Source of the DNA: Callorhinchus milii
Taxonomy: Eukaryota
Assembly (NCBI RefSeq): GCF_018977255.1
Contig: NW_024704742.1
Span: forward strand, 118,112,001-118,172,000
Reading direction: 5' to 3'
Length of the DNA stretch: 60,000 nucleotides
The notes below the pieces were generated by a model. That model worked only from the letters and a program-made list of their open reading frames with translations, was not told the origin of the DNA and did no database searches. The position numbers and the translations under genes are program-made. This document shows positions 35,056-48,030 of this stretch, in pieces. Every line of letters begins with the position of its first letter. Positions within the stretch are counted from its first letter, which is position 1.

Positions 35056-36874
35056 CTGCAAAGATAGAATACAAAACAAAATGAGTAAAATAGAAGTTAA
35101 TATGTGCAAAATCATTTTCACTTGTAAAACAATCACCAATTGCATGAAAATGTCTTGAAAGCTCGCCTCCCACCCCACCCAACTCTTTGAGAGTCTACCA
35201 TGGACCCATCATGAACATTAGTAATTTTTTACTAGAAATACACATTTAGAATGATTTCTCCCGAACCAATAATGAAATGATCGCTGGGGTTGGTGATGAA
35301 AGCATGATAGAAACCTTCACCCAGCTCTTTTGAACAGTACTACCTTGTGTTCAAAGCAAAACAAGATTATTCAAAAAAAAATCCATCAAGTTCCAGACAA
35401 GTCCATTTTCCTTGAACTTGCAAACTTAGAAAATATGGAGCAAGTTGAAAAAGATTCAGTTCTTGTAATGAAGCCCACAAAGTTAAAAGGGGAATAAACG
35501 AGAAAATGTTGATTTGGAATGTTTTATTCATGAAAGAATTTATTGTGCTTCAGTGTTAAACAATCTTCTTATAAATTATAAAGAATATATTTTGAAAGAT
35601 ATTAGCTGACAAGAACAACATTCAAATGCCAAATTTGCACAGGTCAAAAAAGATCGTTCATTCTTGCCAAACAGATCATTAATATGTAAATTTCAAGCAT
35701 TTCATAACTACTGGCAAAAAAATAAACTGGTTACAGAAACAGATATTGTAGCCTTTTTCATATTATCTAATATTCAAATCCTTGTAATGCCACACAGCTA
35801 CGTGTGGCCTGGTGTGTAAAGATTACATGTATGGGCCACAGCAGCAGCATGGTTTACCCTATAGACAATTGGAGCTCAAGCAAGTACTATGATTGCCCCT
35901 TTGACAGTCATCAAAGCTGTTGGTTGACTATTTCTGTTTTAGAAATGAAACTCACATTAAAGTAACAGCCACAATAAACCAAAGCAGGGAAAGCTTAATT
36001 TGGGGGTAGTTAACCTCTACAAGCCAGAGAGAAAACGACAGCATAGCCTCCAATACACAACACATTTTGCCATAAAACCCCAACCTGCCCTATAGCTGGT
36101 TTAGCTGTGCATGGGCACAGTTGGTAGACTCATTCTATGCGCTCCAATAAATAATGCCATGTCACCAGATCTCTGCCAATGGCAGTTGCCGTTATCACAC
36201 GCACAATACTCAAGATACAGACTGACCTAACTACTGTGCATGTTCAACAAGACAACTGGAGATTTCAATTCATCTGAATTGGCGCAGTTGCTCAGGTTAC
36301 AATCAATATATTGTACTTCCATTCGCCTGTATTGAAATTTATTTGGCAATGATCAGTCCAAATGCATACCTAATTCCGCCTTCCTTTGAAAGACTTTCAT
36401 TACCTTTACAAATTTGAGGATTCTATTCAATGCATCCCACGCTCCTCTATTTTAACAGAGCTCCTCTTTTAACTACCTGACATCTTTTTCTTTAGTCAGT
36501 TATTAATCCAAATCAATACCTGACCCTCGATAACTAGAGTTTATCTCACATGGTACATTGGGCTTGAAAATGAAATATGCATCATAAGAGTCTCACAAAT
36601 TGAGCTTGTACACTCTATAAGATAGGGAATGCAGCCATTTTGCCTTCACACAAACTATATGAATTAAGATTATTGTAGCATCATACAATACAATTTACAT
36701 TTAGATAGTGCCATTCCTGTCATGCAGATGTCTTAAAAGCATTTTGAGATGAGAACACACTTCTGACATTAGGATGCACAACCTCACACCAAAACTGTTT
36801 TCCGCATGTACAACACCAATCACAAAAATGTCAGTCCTGGGAGGAGCCGTTTTTTACATTATTCCCAGACTCAG

Positions 36875-37265
36875 TGAAAGGTGGTTAAATTAGTAGATGA
36901 TAGAAAATTAGGAGGAAAGTATACAATCAGAGGATGCAGTGAAGATCTTATGAAGTTTTCCCAATGGGATGATTTGAATACAGACATATGTAAACCCAAA
37001 AGATTACCTTCAGATATGCCAAAGCAACAGGACAAGAAGGCACAAGTTCAGGCCTGTGAACAACATTTTAAGATAGATAGCAAGAAGCATTCCTTCTCAC
37101 AGTGGTAAACTGACAGCTTGAATGCGTTACCAGGAAGGTTAGGGAAAGCCAGGTCACTGGAATCACTCGACAACAAGCTTTAAGCCTGTAATGGAAAGGC
37201 TAGGTGGACATTTCTGGAAGAATGAAGTAAAATGGGATGAAAGGCCTTCATTCCTCTCCTCATCA
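36875..37265 (+). mobile_element. degenerate CR1 fragment, tail-to-tail with the next element
   Basis: KLVDDRKLGG (FADDTKLGG-like) and KHSFSQ motifs. Confidence 0.6.
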
Positions 37266-37291
37266 GGTCCTCCTGACATGAAAGACGCTGC

Positions 37292-38965
37292 CATAGAATC
37301 GTACAGCACAGAAGGAGGCCACTCAGTCCATCGTGTCTGTGCCGGCTTTTCGAAAAGAGCTTTCCAATTCAACCCCACTCTCCTGCTCTCTCCCCATAGC
37401 CCTGCAAACTTGTCCTCCCCAAATAATTATCTACTTCTCTCTTAAAAGTTGTTATCGAATCGGCTTCCATCGCCCTTTCAGGCAATGCATTCCAGATCCG
37501 AACAACTCGCTGTGTGGAAAAATTTCTCCTCACCTCCCCTCTGTTTCTTTTAACAATTATTTTAAATTGGTGTCCTCGGGTTACCGACCCACCCGCCAGT
37601 GGAAAGAGTTTCTCTTTGTTCACCCTATCGAATCCCCTCATAATTTTGAAAACTTCTTTAAGTCTCCTTTTAAACTTCTCTGCTCCAAGGAGAAGCTACC
37701 AGCTACTCCTGATAACTGAAGTCCCTCATTCTTGGTACCATCCTGGTAAATCTCCTTTGCACCCTCTCCAATGCCATGACATCCATCCTAAAGTGTGCTG
37801 CCCAGAACTAAACACAGTACTCTAGCTGAGGCCTGACCAGTGTTTAAAAAAGGTTCATCATAACTTCCTGACTTTTATATTCTATGCCCCTATTTATAAA
37901 GCCTAGTATCACGTATGCTTTTTTAACAGCTTTATCTACCAGTCCTGCCACCTTCAAAGATTTAGTGATATGAACCCCCAGGTCTCTCTGTTCCTTCACC
38001 CCCTTTAAGATTGTACCATCAGCTTATATTGCCTCTCCACATTCTTCCTCCCAAAATGCATCACTTCGCATTTCTCCATATTAAACTTCATCTGCCACAT
38101 ATCTGCCCATTTTACCAGTCTGTCTATGTTCATTTGCAGTTTGCTACTGTCCTCCTCACTGTTTACTACTTTTCCCGCTTAGTATAATCTGCAAAACTGG
38201 AAATTGTACTCCCTATACCCAAGTCATTTACATAGATCAAAAACAGCAGTGGTCCCAATGCTGACCCCCGGGGGACACCACTGCACACTTTTTCTGTCTC
38301 CCAGCCAGTTCTGTATCCATGCTGCCACTGTCCCTTTAATACATTGGGACTATTTTGCTTTCAAGCCTCTTATGTGGCACTTTATCAAACACCTTTTGAA
38401 AATCCATATAAACTACATCAACTGCACTACCTTCATCCACCCTCTGTTACTTCATCAAAAAATTCTATCAGGTTTATTAGACATGATTTACCTTTAACAA
38501 ATCCATGTTGGCTGTCCTTTATTAACCAATAAAGTGAAAAATTCTAAGTGAAAAATTATTTTGTCCTGGATTATAGTCTCCAGAAGTTTCCCCACTACTG
38601 ATGTTAGGCTGACTGGCCTGTAGTTCTTATCCTTCTGCCCCTTCTTGTAGTGGAGTAACATTTGCAACCCTCCAGTCCTCTGGCACCACCCCCGGTGTCC
38701 AAGGAAAATTGAAAGGTTGTGGCCAGAGCCTTCATTATTTCCACCCTTACTTCCCTCAATAACCCAGGATGCATCCCATCTGGACCGGGTGACTTATCTA
38801 CCTTGAGCACTGACAACCTTTTCAGTACCACCTCTCGGTTTATTCGTATCTTATCCAATTTCTCCACCCTCTCCTCCGATACTGTGGCATTGGCTGCATC
38901 CTCTTCTTTTGTGAAGACATGCAAAGTACTCATTCAGTACGTCGGGCTTGCCCTCTGCCTATGTA
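37292..38965 (-). mobile_element. CR1-clade LINE, 5'-truncated and internally deleted
   Basis: KSPGPDGMHP, FSTQRVVRIWNALPE and FKREVD motifs; CATAGAATC tail. Confidence 0.93.
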
Positions 38966-39589
38966 AATGCAATATGTTGTTGTCATCTTGTGATGAGGAA
39001 AGGAGAGGGCAATTGGGAAGTGGGGGGTGAGGGGGGAGAGAGTAGAATACATCCAATATTTTTTGTAAAATACCAAAAAATGGAAGAAATTATTAATAAG
39101 ACTAACTAGTCAAGAAATGCACTCAGACATTCAGATGTGTCTCAGAGTAACAGTTAGTGAAGTGGAATGAAGCAATGGTGGTGTACAGACAAGTACGCTT
39201 ATTTACTTCTCTCTCTTGTATCAACATTTATTGAAAGTGACAAATCTGGCTTGTGTCTCACAACAGGAATCAATGATATCCTCGTGACGAGCTACAGCTT
39301 TGTGTTCTCAAGAATCTCCAGGTATCAAACATTTGTAAACCACAAAGAGGACAGACCACTGGAAACAGCTAACATAAAAATTTAAACACCCATTTTTGAA
39401 GCAGGAAGATACATCAGTTGCTTAAATCAGTCATTTAACTCACTTAAATCAGATTTCCACATTATGAAGGAACGTAAGAGCTTCTACAGCTGATCTTCAG
39501 TTCCATATGAATCCAAACAACATCTGGACAGAACATCAGAAAGCTCACACAGCTTCTTAAGGTTACAATTCATGTAAAACAGTCTACAC

Positions 39590-39730
39590 TACTGTGTGCA
39601 ATTGGCTGCCACTTTTCACCTACAAAATTCACTTTAGTCATTTCAGTTTACAGTATTTTCTGTGAAGCACTTTGAGATGGCTCAACCACGTGATAAGGTG
39701 TTATATCAAATGCAAGGATTATTATTACAT
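39590..39730 (+). mobile_element. 3' half of tRNA SINE
   Basis: ATTGGCTGCC...ATATCAAATGCAAGGATTATT. Confidence 0.8.
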
Positions 39731-40082
39731 TTCACAGTATAGCAACACCAATTCTGATCCAGCTCAATAGCTGAAAGCAAAACAATTTCCAACCTAGAAC
39801 CCTCAAACAAGTGTACGACCTATTAAATTAACTAAGCATTTGAGTACAGTATTCGCAACCAGAGTCTATTCTCTGCTGGAAAATACATTCCTTCCAAAAC
39901 TAAAGAGACCTTCACTGGGTGCATACAGACACCTAAGAAATTGAGTAAATACCCATGTGCATTTACACAATGTGCATTCCAAGTTTGGAAGAAACAAGTA
40001 TTCATCTGTATGAGGAGAGTATAACTTGATAACACAAGTGAGGTGACTGCACCTTATTTACACGAGTCAGGTTAATAAGGGC

Positions 40083-40437
40083 ATAATCGTTGCATTTGAT
40101 ATATCACGCCTTCTAGATGTCCCAAAGCTCTTCACAGAATATACTGTAAAGTGAATTGACTATATATTTTTGGGCGAAGCGCAGCATTCATTTGTGCACA
40201 GCAGTGTTCCATAAACAGTCATGGATTGAGGGACCAAATTTTTTTATTTTTTGAGGAATTATCATCTCCGGAAAAACGATCCGCCAATCGACTAACAACC
40301 AGGTTCCTATTTACTGCTCAATAAACAGAGGCGTATGGAGTAAGGAAACTTGCCCAACATTTCGCCCTGCCAGGAATAGAACCCAGGTCTTTCGTTTGCA
40401 AGACAAGTGCTCTAACCGCTGAGCTACAGGACTCCAC
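40083..40437 (-). mobile_element. young tRNA SINE (long subtype)
   Basis: Complete head and tail in reverse complement. Confidence 0.92.
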
Positions 40438-41424
40438 CAACAGCATAAATGAAACAACAGTCTTTCTAATCCACATCAATGTTCCCAGTGCATCCACCCA
40501 AAGTATATATATTGAACTGCAAATTCTAGGCAAGCACCCAAAATGTTGTCGCTAAGAATTTAGATCTGATTAATTCAGAAACCGAATATAAACCAGCCAA
40601 ATCATATTGAAACCAAGTTCACACTGCTAATCACATCTATTAAACACTTCAGCTTCCAGCTAGGCACTGCATGGAACTGGCAAATCTGAATAATGCCGAG
40701 TAGATACACACTCCTAGCTGACATTTTTGTCGCTTTTACCAGGCCTAATATAATTAATGATTATAAATGTTTTAAATGTTTGGCTCTGTACTTAAAAGGG
40801 CATTAGCTTTATTATACACAACAATGCAGGACATTATCATGAAAAAGCAGCTCTGAATACAGTTCTTCTCATTATTCGAAACCTTGTTTGGATCCTGTGG
40901 GGATTTTATGCATTGCCCATTGACAATAAACGTGGAGCTGCATTTATTGACTTCAGTTCTGTCTCTCAATTCTCTGGTTCTGACTCCTGCCAAACAAATT
41001 TCTCCTCACACCAAGAAGCTAAAAGGTTTTATGACTGCTGAAAATGTAATTGTTTCTTATTTTTCAGCACTCATACTCCAAAAGAGGATATATAATTACA
41101 AGTGCAGCAATCGCTGTGTAGATTGTACAGAATAAAATGTGAAATAATAGTTTTCTACTCTACAAACCTTAAGAACCTCAATTGCAATAAAGCTCAGATA
41201 TTTAATCTTCCTTTTAAAAAGGTGTTTTTTTTCTCCTGATAGCTTGGTGGATAAGTACACCTTGACATCTTGTAGAGCAATGAGCCATTTCAGTCAAAAA
41301 GCTCCCAGCTTCAAGTTGATTTGTGCTGAACTCTCTCAGCTCAGCTATAGTCAAACTCCATTGGCCTCAATTCCTTTGTTTGTCTGGGGGGGGGGGGGGG
41401 GGGGAGAAGAGAGAGACAGTGGAA

Positions 41425-41487
41425 TACAACAACAACATTACATTTGTATAGCGCCTTTCACGTCGGGAGGACGTCCCAAGGCGCTGA
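41425..41487 (-). mobile_element. ultra-short L2 3' terminus
   Basis: Only the stem-loop and (CAA)n tail; similar stubs at about 25070-25128 and 33365-33425. Confidence 0.85.
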
Positions 41488-42944
41488 ATAGAAGAGAATG
41501 AAGCTAGAAGGTGGGGGGAAATCAATCCGCAAGGGTTCCTACTCCTGACAGCTATCCAGTATTGTACATGTTGATTGAAAACATTGTTGGGCTCCACTGG
41601 GATATCCTTCACTGTTAAATGCTTCTAACTGCTCCCTGCTCATGCACAAATATAAAAGAATTGTTATATGGTAGAGCATCAAATGTTTGTTGGTACCCAT
41701 ATTACAGTACCACAGTATGACTCAGTGCCTTTCAGAGGTTAGGAAATTTCTATTTTATTGTCTACATAAAGTGAACTTATGTACAGTAAGACAAAAGGCA
41801 CACTTCAGTTTGAACTTCACAATTTGAATCAGTTTTGTTCTGGCAAAACTTTACAATGTCACAAATACCTGAATATTGTTAGGAAGCCGAGAAACACTGT
41901 ACAGTAAATTTCAATGAGAGCATATATATTATATAATACACAGTATAATCTGCCAATGGTAATATTTTAACTTGACAATCACCATCCAATTTAATTAAAA
42001 ACATTTGTTTGTGCACTATTTCCAATTGTAAACTATTACTTACAAAAAAGAGTAGATAAGAGTCTCCATTTTATCAATGACATTCAAGAAGTGACTAACA
42101 GTGAGGGATACAAGAAGACAGGTTAATTTTCTCACTCCATATAATCAAGCAGTATTCTACTCAGAGAATCTCAATAATCATATGAAAACTTTAGCTGTTC
42201 CACTATTATCACTTCGAAGACCATTATCCCTAGATACCTTGTGCCAATTTATAAAGCTTTACATGGGCTACACCTAAAGCAAGAATGCAAGTTAAAGCAA
42301 TCATATACAATTCATAGGTATTGGTACCTCCATTTATTTATACCTCCAAGAGTTTTATTTCTTCACACATCCTGTGAAACAACTGGCAGGCCACCAAATA
42401 CACCAAAGATTTCTTCATTAGTGCAATTAGAACCCACTGAGCTAGCACTAACTGCAAACAAATAAGCATCTTCTTTTAAAACTTATTGTAAATCAAACCA
42501 GCTTGGTTTGAAAGTAAAGCTTAATTACATGGGTAATAAACTGTATCCTGCAAAGGTGTTAATTAAGCAATAGTATTGTGGAAGTTAACCCTAATATCAC
42601 ACTGAACTAAGTACTAATTCTTTGGTTCAGATAGCTTTTAATCTCTTGCTCCAACTCTCATGTCACCAGAAGCAAATTTCTCTTACTGAATCTCTCTCGA
42701 ATGTAGAGTAAAAAAGGTCAGCTGTACAAATACTTTGTAGTGATATAATTTAAATTAGTGTACTGATGCTTGCTAGATTTTTTTCTAAACAGTTTTTATT
42801 CAGCAATGCATTGATATAAGAAATGTTTTGTGGGAACAAATAATTACTGGTCAGTCAGTAACTATTGGATATCATGTAAAATCATTACCAAAAAAGGAAA
42901 AATTAGGAGAATTCTGTTAACATAAAAAGGGCAAGACATAAATT

Positions 42945-43110
42945 GCCCCACCAAAACAATGGTTAAAGCAGAATCTAGAATCGCTTTTAAAAGGGAATTA
43001 GATTAATATCTGAAAAGGAAAATTATCAAAAGGCAGGGAAGCAGAACTAAATGGATGATTCTTTCAGAGAGTCAGCACAGGCACTTTGGGCCAAATGTCC
43101 TTCTTATCTC
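42945..43110 (+). mobile_element. old CR1 3' end
   Basis: TTTAAAAGGGAATTAGAT...CAGCACAGGCAC..GGGCCAAATG. Confidence 0.6.
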
Positions 43111-44069
43111 ACCAACAATGCTACAAAGCAGATACATTAACTTCTACTTAGCAGTTCAAATGCTTTGCCAATACTAGCTTCTCAGCTCACTTTTAACCTC
43201 CAAAAGACAAATAAAACAGAAATGCTAAAAACAATGTTATTTTGCTTTGGGCACATTGAACTTGATGGGAGGGTCAACAACATAAACTGCCCTTATTTGG
43301 CATTCTTTCAGCCCCAACAAGTGGGAAAGGAAAAAGACACGCCAGTACAAACACAACGTTCACAAAATTCCCAAAGCACTCCAAAAGGTTTCTACTTTCT
43401 ATGAGCTTTAAAATGTAGCAAAAGGTAATCTCTATATATTGGGTAATGAAGGAAGCTATTTACTTGAGTTAGACCAGTGGAAATAGGTATTGTATGCAGC
43501 TATAGAAAGTAAATTTCCTGTAGAGAGAGACTTTTGACCTTTGACTTGGAACAAATTCGACAGACAACATGGGATAACTGTAAACTATTTCAAATTGCCT
43601 AGTATCTAGAAATCAATGGCTCCAGCAGTCTAATAGAAACACTGCTCTGTATGACAGGCACAAAGGACAAAATGACAACCTTCCCTGGAGTCAAACTGCA
43701 ATAAATTAATCAAGCTGAAAACAAAAGATGATGTCAGTAACACCAGGCTGGAAGCAGCAGGTTTGAGGAACAAAAATACAATTTACAGAACACAGTGAAA
43801 TAAATTAACTATCCAGCCTAATCCATCATAGTACTCACTTATTTCCTATCGACCACATTGGTTTGCTGCTTGCAGGTACTTGAAAAAGAAACAACCCAAG
43901 AATAATTTTCCTGATCACAACCTTTTTTATTTAGGCAAGTATATGAAACACAAAATGCTTTTATGCATTATTTCTATTAAATTTGGGGTAGTGGGCCACA
44001 ACGTGGTCTGATGAGGAGTTGAATTCCTACCTTTCCAAGCTTTCAAATTCAGTGTCAAAGCTGCAGAGG

Positions 44070-45100
44070 CCAACAACAACCTACATTTATATAGCGCCCG
44101 TCAAACAGGGCAGCTGCTCGAAGCGCTTAACAGTGACGGAGCTTAATGTCAGGCCAGGGAGAGGTGACCGTCGACACGGTCGAACAGCAAGGTTTTTAGG
44201 CGTGATCTGAAAACGGGTAAGGAGGAGACAAAGAGGAGGGACTGAAGGGGAGAGAAGTTTTCGGGCGTATTGGTTGAAAGCATGAAGCAAAAACAGAAGT
44301 CACTGGGAACACTCAGTATGTCAGGCAGCTACAGAGAAAGGAAAGTGAGTCAACGTTTCGGGTCCACCACCCTTCGTTAGAACTGACTTGGTTGAAAGCA
44401 TGGCTGCTGATGCATGCCAATGGTGGAGCAGAGGGCACGAGGGTCAAGCAGGAAGCCAGAGCCAAGCAAGCAGAGGTGACAGGTGTAAGTGGGAAGTTAG
44501 CAGATTGGAGGAGGGAGGTGCCAGGGCATGTAGAAGGCATTGAGGGGGCAGCGTGCTAAGGGGAAGAAAAGAAGTCCAAGCCCTTTGCACATTTAGCATT
44601 AGATGTGAAGATCAAAGGTGCTCGAGGGTGCGTAGAGGAGGTGATCGAGTCGTGGAGAATAGCACTTTGGAATTATTTTTGGCCTTCAGAATGGGCTGAG
44701 AATAGAAAGCAGTTCTGGCCCGGGAGAGGCATTACGTACGAAGATACTCAAGACACATCTGGTGGTGAACTGCGAGTCCAGTTTTGTGCCATCTGTGCTC
44801 AAGCGCCCAGGTTTGGGATTTAAGGGAACGGAAATGATGTTTGGAGATGGTCCCGGGTTTCATGGGGGCAAGGGAACTGAAAATCAAGGAGAAACAACTG
44901 TTTAGCAGCTTGACGGCTGCATCGGGATCGCTGCAGGTAGTAGGTCAGAAGGTTCGAGCATGAGAGGGCGTTTGTGAGGGTGGGGTGAGGTGCAATTTTC
45001 ACAGAGTTGAAAATCAGGTGGGTGGCTTGGAGGAGGGGATGAGTGCAAGAAGACAGGGAGATGAGAAAGTAGTCAGAGGTGGCCAGCAGCCTACCAAAGT
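44070..45100 (-). mobile_element. degenerate L2 fragment, split by a Penelope-like insert
   Basis: CAACAAC tail and stem-loop at 44070-44130; AFNQYA motif; purine-rich + strand. Confidence 0.75.
44285..44387 (-). mobile_element. 103-bp Penelope-like terminal fragment with degenerate hammerhead motif
   Basis: Flanked by a perfect 15-bp direct repeat TTGGTTGAAAGCATG (44270-44284, 44388-44402); resembles fish/shark Penelope terminal repeats. Confidence 0.75.
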
Positions 45101-47141
45101 TTGGGAAGCAGAAAAAACAGGAGGAACAAAATTGATTGGCATCTCTTTTTCGCTCTCTCTTTCTCCTGAAAGCACCAGTTGCCTGAATGTAAAATAAAAC
45201 ATTGTAAGCAAATCGCTTTTGATATAGGTGCTATGAATATACCAACCAGCCTTTAAAAAAAGGATTTAAGTTTGTTAGAAAAAGAAAAACGTTTTTCCAA
45301 TAAACCCATGAAGTTGATCTTCCACACTAGAATTAAATTCTAGTTTTCTTAAATTCGGTCGACTAGTGGTAGTCAGATAGAGTGAAACGTGGATTTGAAC
45401 ATTCAGTGAATTAACACACGCACCGCTAAATTTAACAAATGGTAAAGCATAAATTTGGAGCAAAATTATCCAATATGCTTTGGGGGATTTCAGGCCAGAG
45501 AAAATGAACAGTTCTTTTTATTTATATCGGCCTTTGGTCATTTTAAGTGCTCCGAGTTGCTACCCTAAGTGAAGGGTGCTTTGTAAATTCAAGTTGTTGG
45601 TTCAATAAAATCTTTGATGCAATGTAAATCAGTGTGCTTGATGTGTGCCATTTCTGGGTATTTGGTAATATTCTAACAATTTCTATTCAAAGGTACATTG
45701 TTGTAGGAAATGTTTAATGAGAACAAAACCCAAATATGTGAATTTCAGATGGTTTTTATTCCAAAGCATAGTCAGTGGTTCTAGAATTTTTAAAATCTTT
45801 TTGCCATGCAGACTGAAATGCCATCATATATTGGCATTAATTACATATTTAATTTTTTTTCTGGTAACTGCCTGCATTCTGATTGAACCTAGCAACAAAG
45901 GTATTTTGCTTAAAACAGTCGTTTTTCAGGCACAGGGAGAACATTAGTACCAAATACCTAAAATTCAAGATTCTGTAAATGTCTAAATTCTGTAATTTAA
46001 CAAGCACCAAGATAGGTTATAGAATCTTACACGTGTTTAACTGAAGAGCCAGTGTGGGCTAAAATAACAAGTTTAAGAAAAAAAAATCTGATATGATGCA
46101 ATTTTAAATCTGCCAGCCACCCCTCAAGCAGTAATCATTCATGCTGGAAGAATCACAACCATAACCTTACACACAGATTACAATCATTTTAATTTCTCTC
46201 ACTTGAGAAATATAACAGCTTTTGGAAGGAATAGGACCTAATGCAATAAAATCAGCAGGCTGCTGAGCAAATTCAAATCACAATCTTTCATTTTTTTTAA
46301 TGTAAAGCCAATAAGCACAGTTCATTTTTCTTTTACTGGTAGCTGCTGATTTTTTGTGCTGTTGCTAAGAACTTCAGCCATTAGCTGTGTTCCTAGGTAA
46401 ACTACATGCACCATCAACAAAAGTGACACCCAATCTATGGAGTTCATATTTTCTCCAGATTATCTATGCTAGTTGACAAGCTGGTAATGGAAAAATCACA
46501 CAAAGCAAATGGTTCCTCTAATAACAATAAATTTCCTATAAAATTATGAAGGGTACAAAACGTTTCCTTGCATCTATTTTGTCATGAATTCTAATTAGTG
46601 CTTCGGAAACCTGAGAGTGCTAGGTCATCACGAGAAGAGTGGGAAGATGTGATTGATAATAGAGTGAGTCGGCCCATGCAGCCAGCGTTCCCTTCTCTCA
46701 AATTAATGGCCATCCCACCTGCCCTAATCATACAGCCCAAATGATATTCCCTTCTTATTTCAATTTTCAGAAGGAATGGAAAACGGGAAAGATCAGTCAT
46801 TTATCTTGTAATAGCTGGATAATAGATCTATCACAACATCTGCACAAACTTACTGGATTTTTTTTCCACAACACTTACCAACATCGAGTTGATGACATTC
46901 ATAAGCAGTGCCTTGGCATGTACTGACTGAACAAATAAAAGGCTTATTCAACATATTGGGGTCTAACAGGAAATGTAAATTTAAATATTCCTAAAGAGAT
47001 GAATATTAATTACTCAACATGCTCAACCCCCAAACTCAACACTGTTCTCAATGCTGACAACCACAAGTCAGGTCAAGCATACAACATTTGACTTTAGATC
47101 ACAACAGTGAGTAGGCAGGATCCTGGCTTCACTTCTGTTAA

Positions 47142-47535
47142 GGAATCTTGTAGTGTATTGGTTAGAGCACTTCCCTCACAAGCAAGAGGACCTGGGTTTG
47201 ATTCCCAGGCAGGGCGAAACGTTAGGAAAGTTTCCTTACCCAACCCACCTCTGATTACCCAGCAGTAAGTAGAAACCCAGTTGGTAGTCGATTGGTGGAT
47301 CGATTATCCGGGGGTAATAATCCCTTCAAAAAATTGAATTAAAAAATAATTTGGACACTCAATCCATGACTGTTGGTAGGACGCTGCTGCGCGCAACTGG
47401 CCGCCAAGTTTTACCTACAAAATATACAGTCAATTCACTTTATAGTACATTCTGTGCAGCACTTTGAGACTCTCAAAGACGTGATAAGGCGCTATATCAA
47501 ATGCCAGGATTATTATTATTATTATCATCATCATC
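47142..47535 (+). mobile_element. young tRNA SINE (long subtype)
   Basis: A/B boxes, internal segment, (ATT)n(ATC)n tail. Confidence 0.9.
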
Positions 47536-47889
47536 ATTGAATGCTGCAAATTGGAAATCCAATGTCCTATATGGCTTCCCAGGTGTTGGTATTGTGTGTG
47601 GTGTTAGGGGTCTGTCACCACAAATTGACAGATCCCAATATACCCAGAAAGTTGTTTTTAAATATAATACATAAAAATTTACACACATAAAATACCATAG
47701 AACCCAATTATAACAGTATTTTGGGGTCTATGAGATTCCAACCGACACCACAACAGAGTGAGATGCCGCTCAACGTACTCACATTCACAGCATGTACACA
47801 GAGGTTCCCACAAACGAGCCAGGTTTCTGTACCCAAATATGGATGACTTCTAGGCCATCCAGTCGTCACCACCACCTTCACTTCTTGCA

Positions 47890-48030
47890 GTGCACAAGAA
47901 ATGACATTGGCTACAACCTGATGGATCTACATGTCAGCCAAAATATACAGTCAGTGCACTTTGCAGTATGTTCTGGAGCCGTCTCAAAGATGTGATAAGG
48001 CGCTATATCAAATGCAAGCATTATTATTTT
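47890..48030 (+). mobile_element. 3' fragment of tRNA SINE
   Basis: GATAAGGCGCTATATCAAATGCAAG tail. Confidence 0.75.

Noticed and set aside
41386..41404. Poly-G run as a functional G-quadruplex
   Set aside because: Simple homopolymer next to an L2 stub; length is unreliable and there is no other support.
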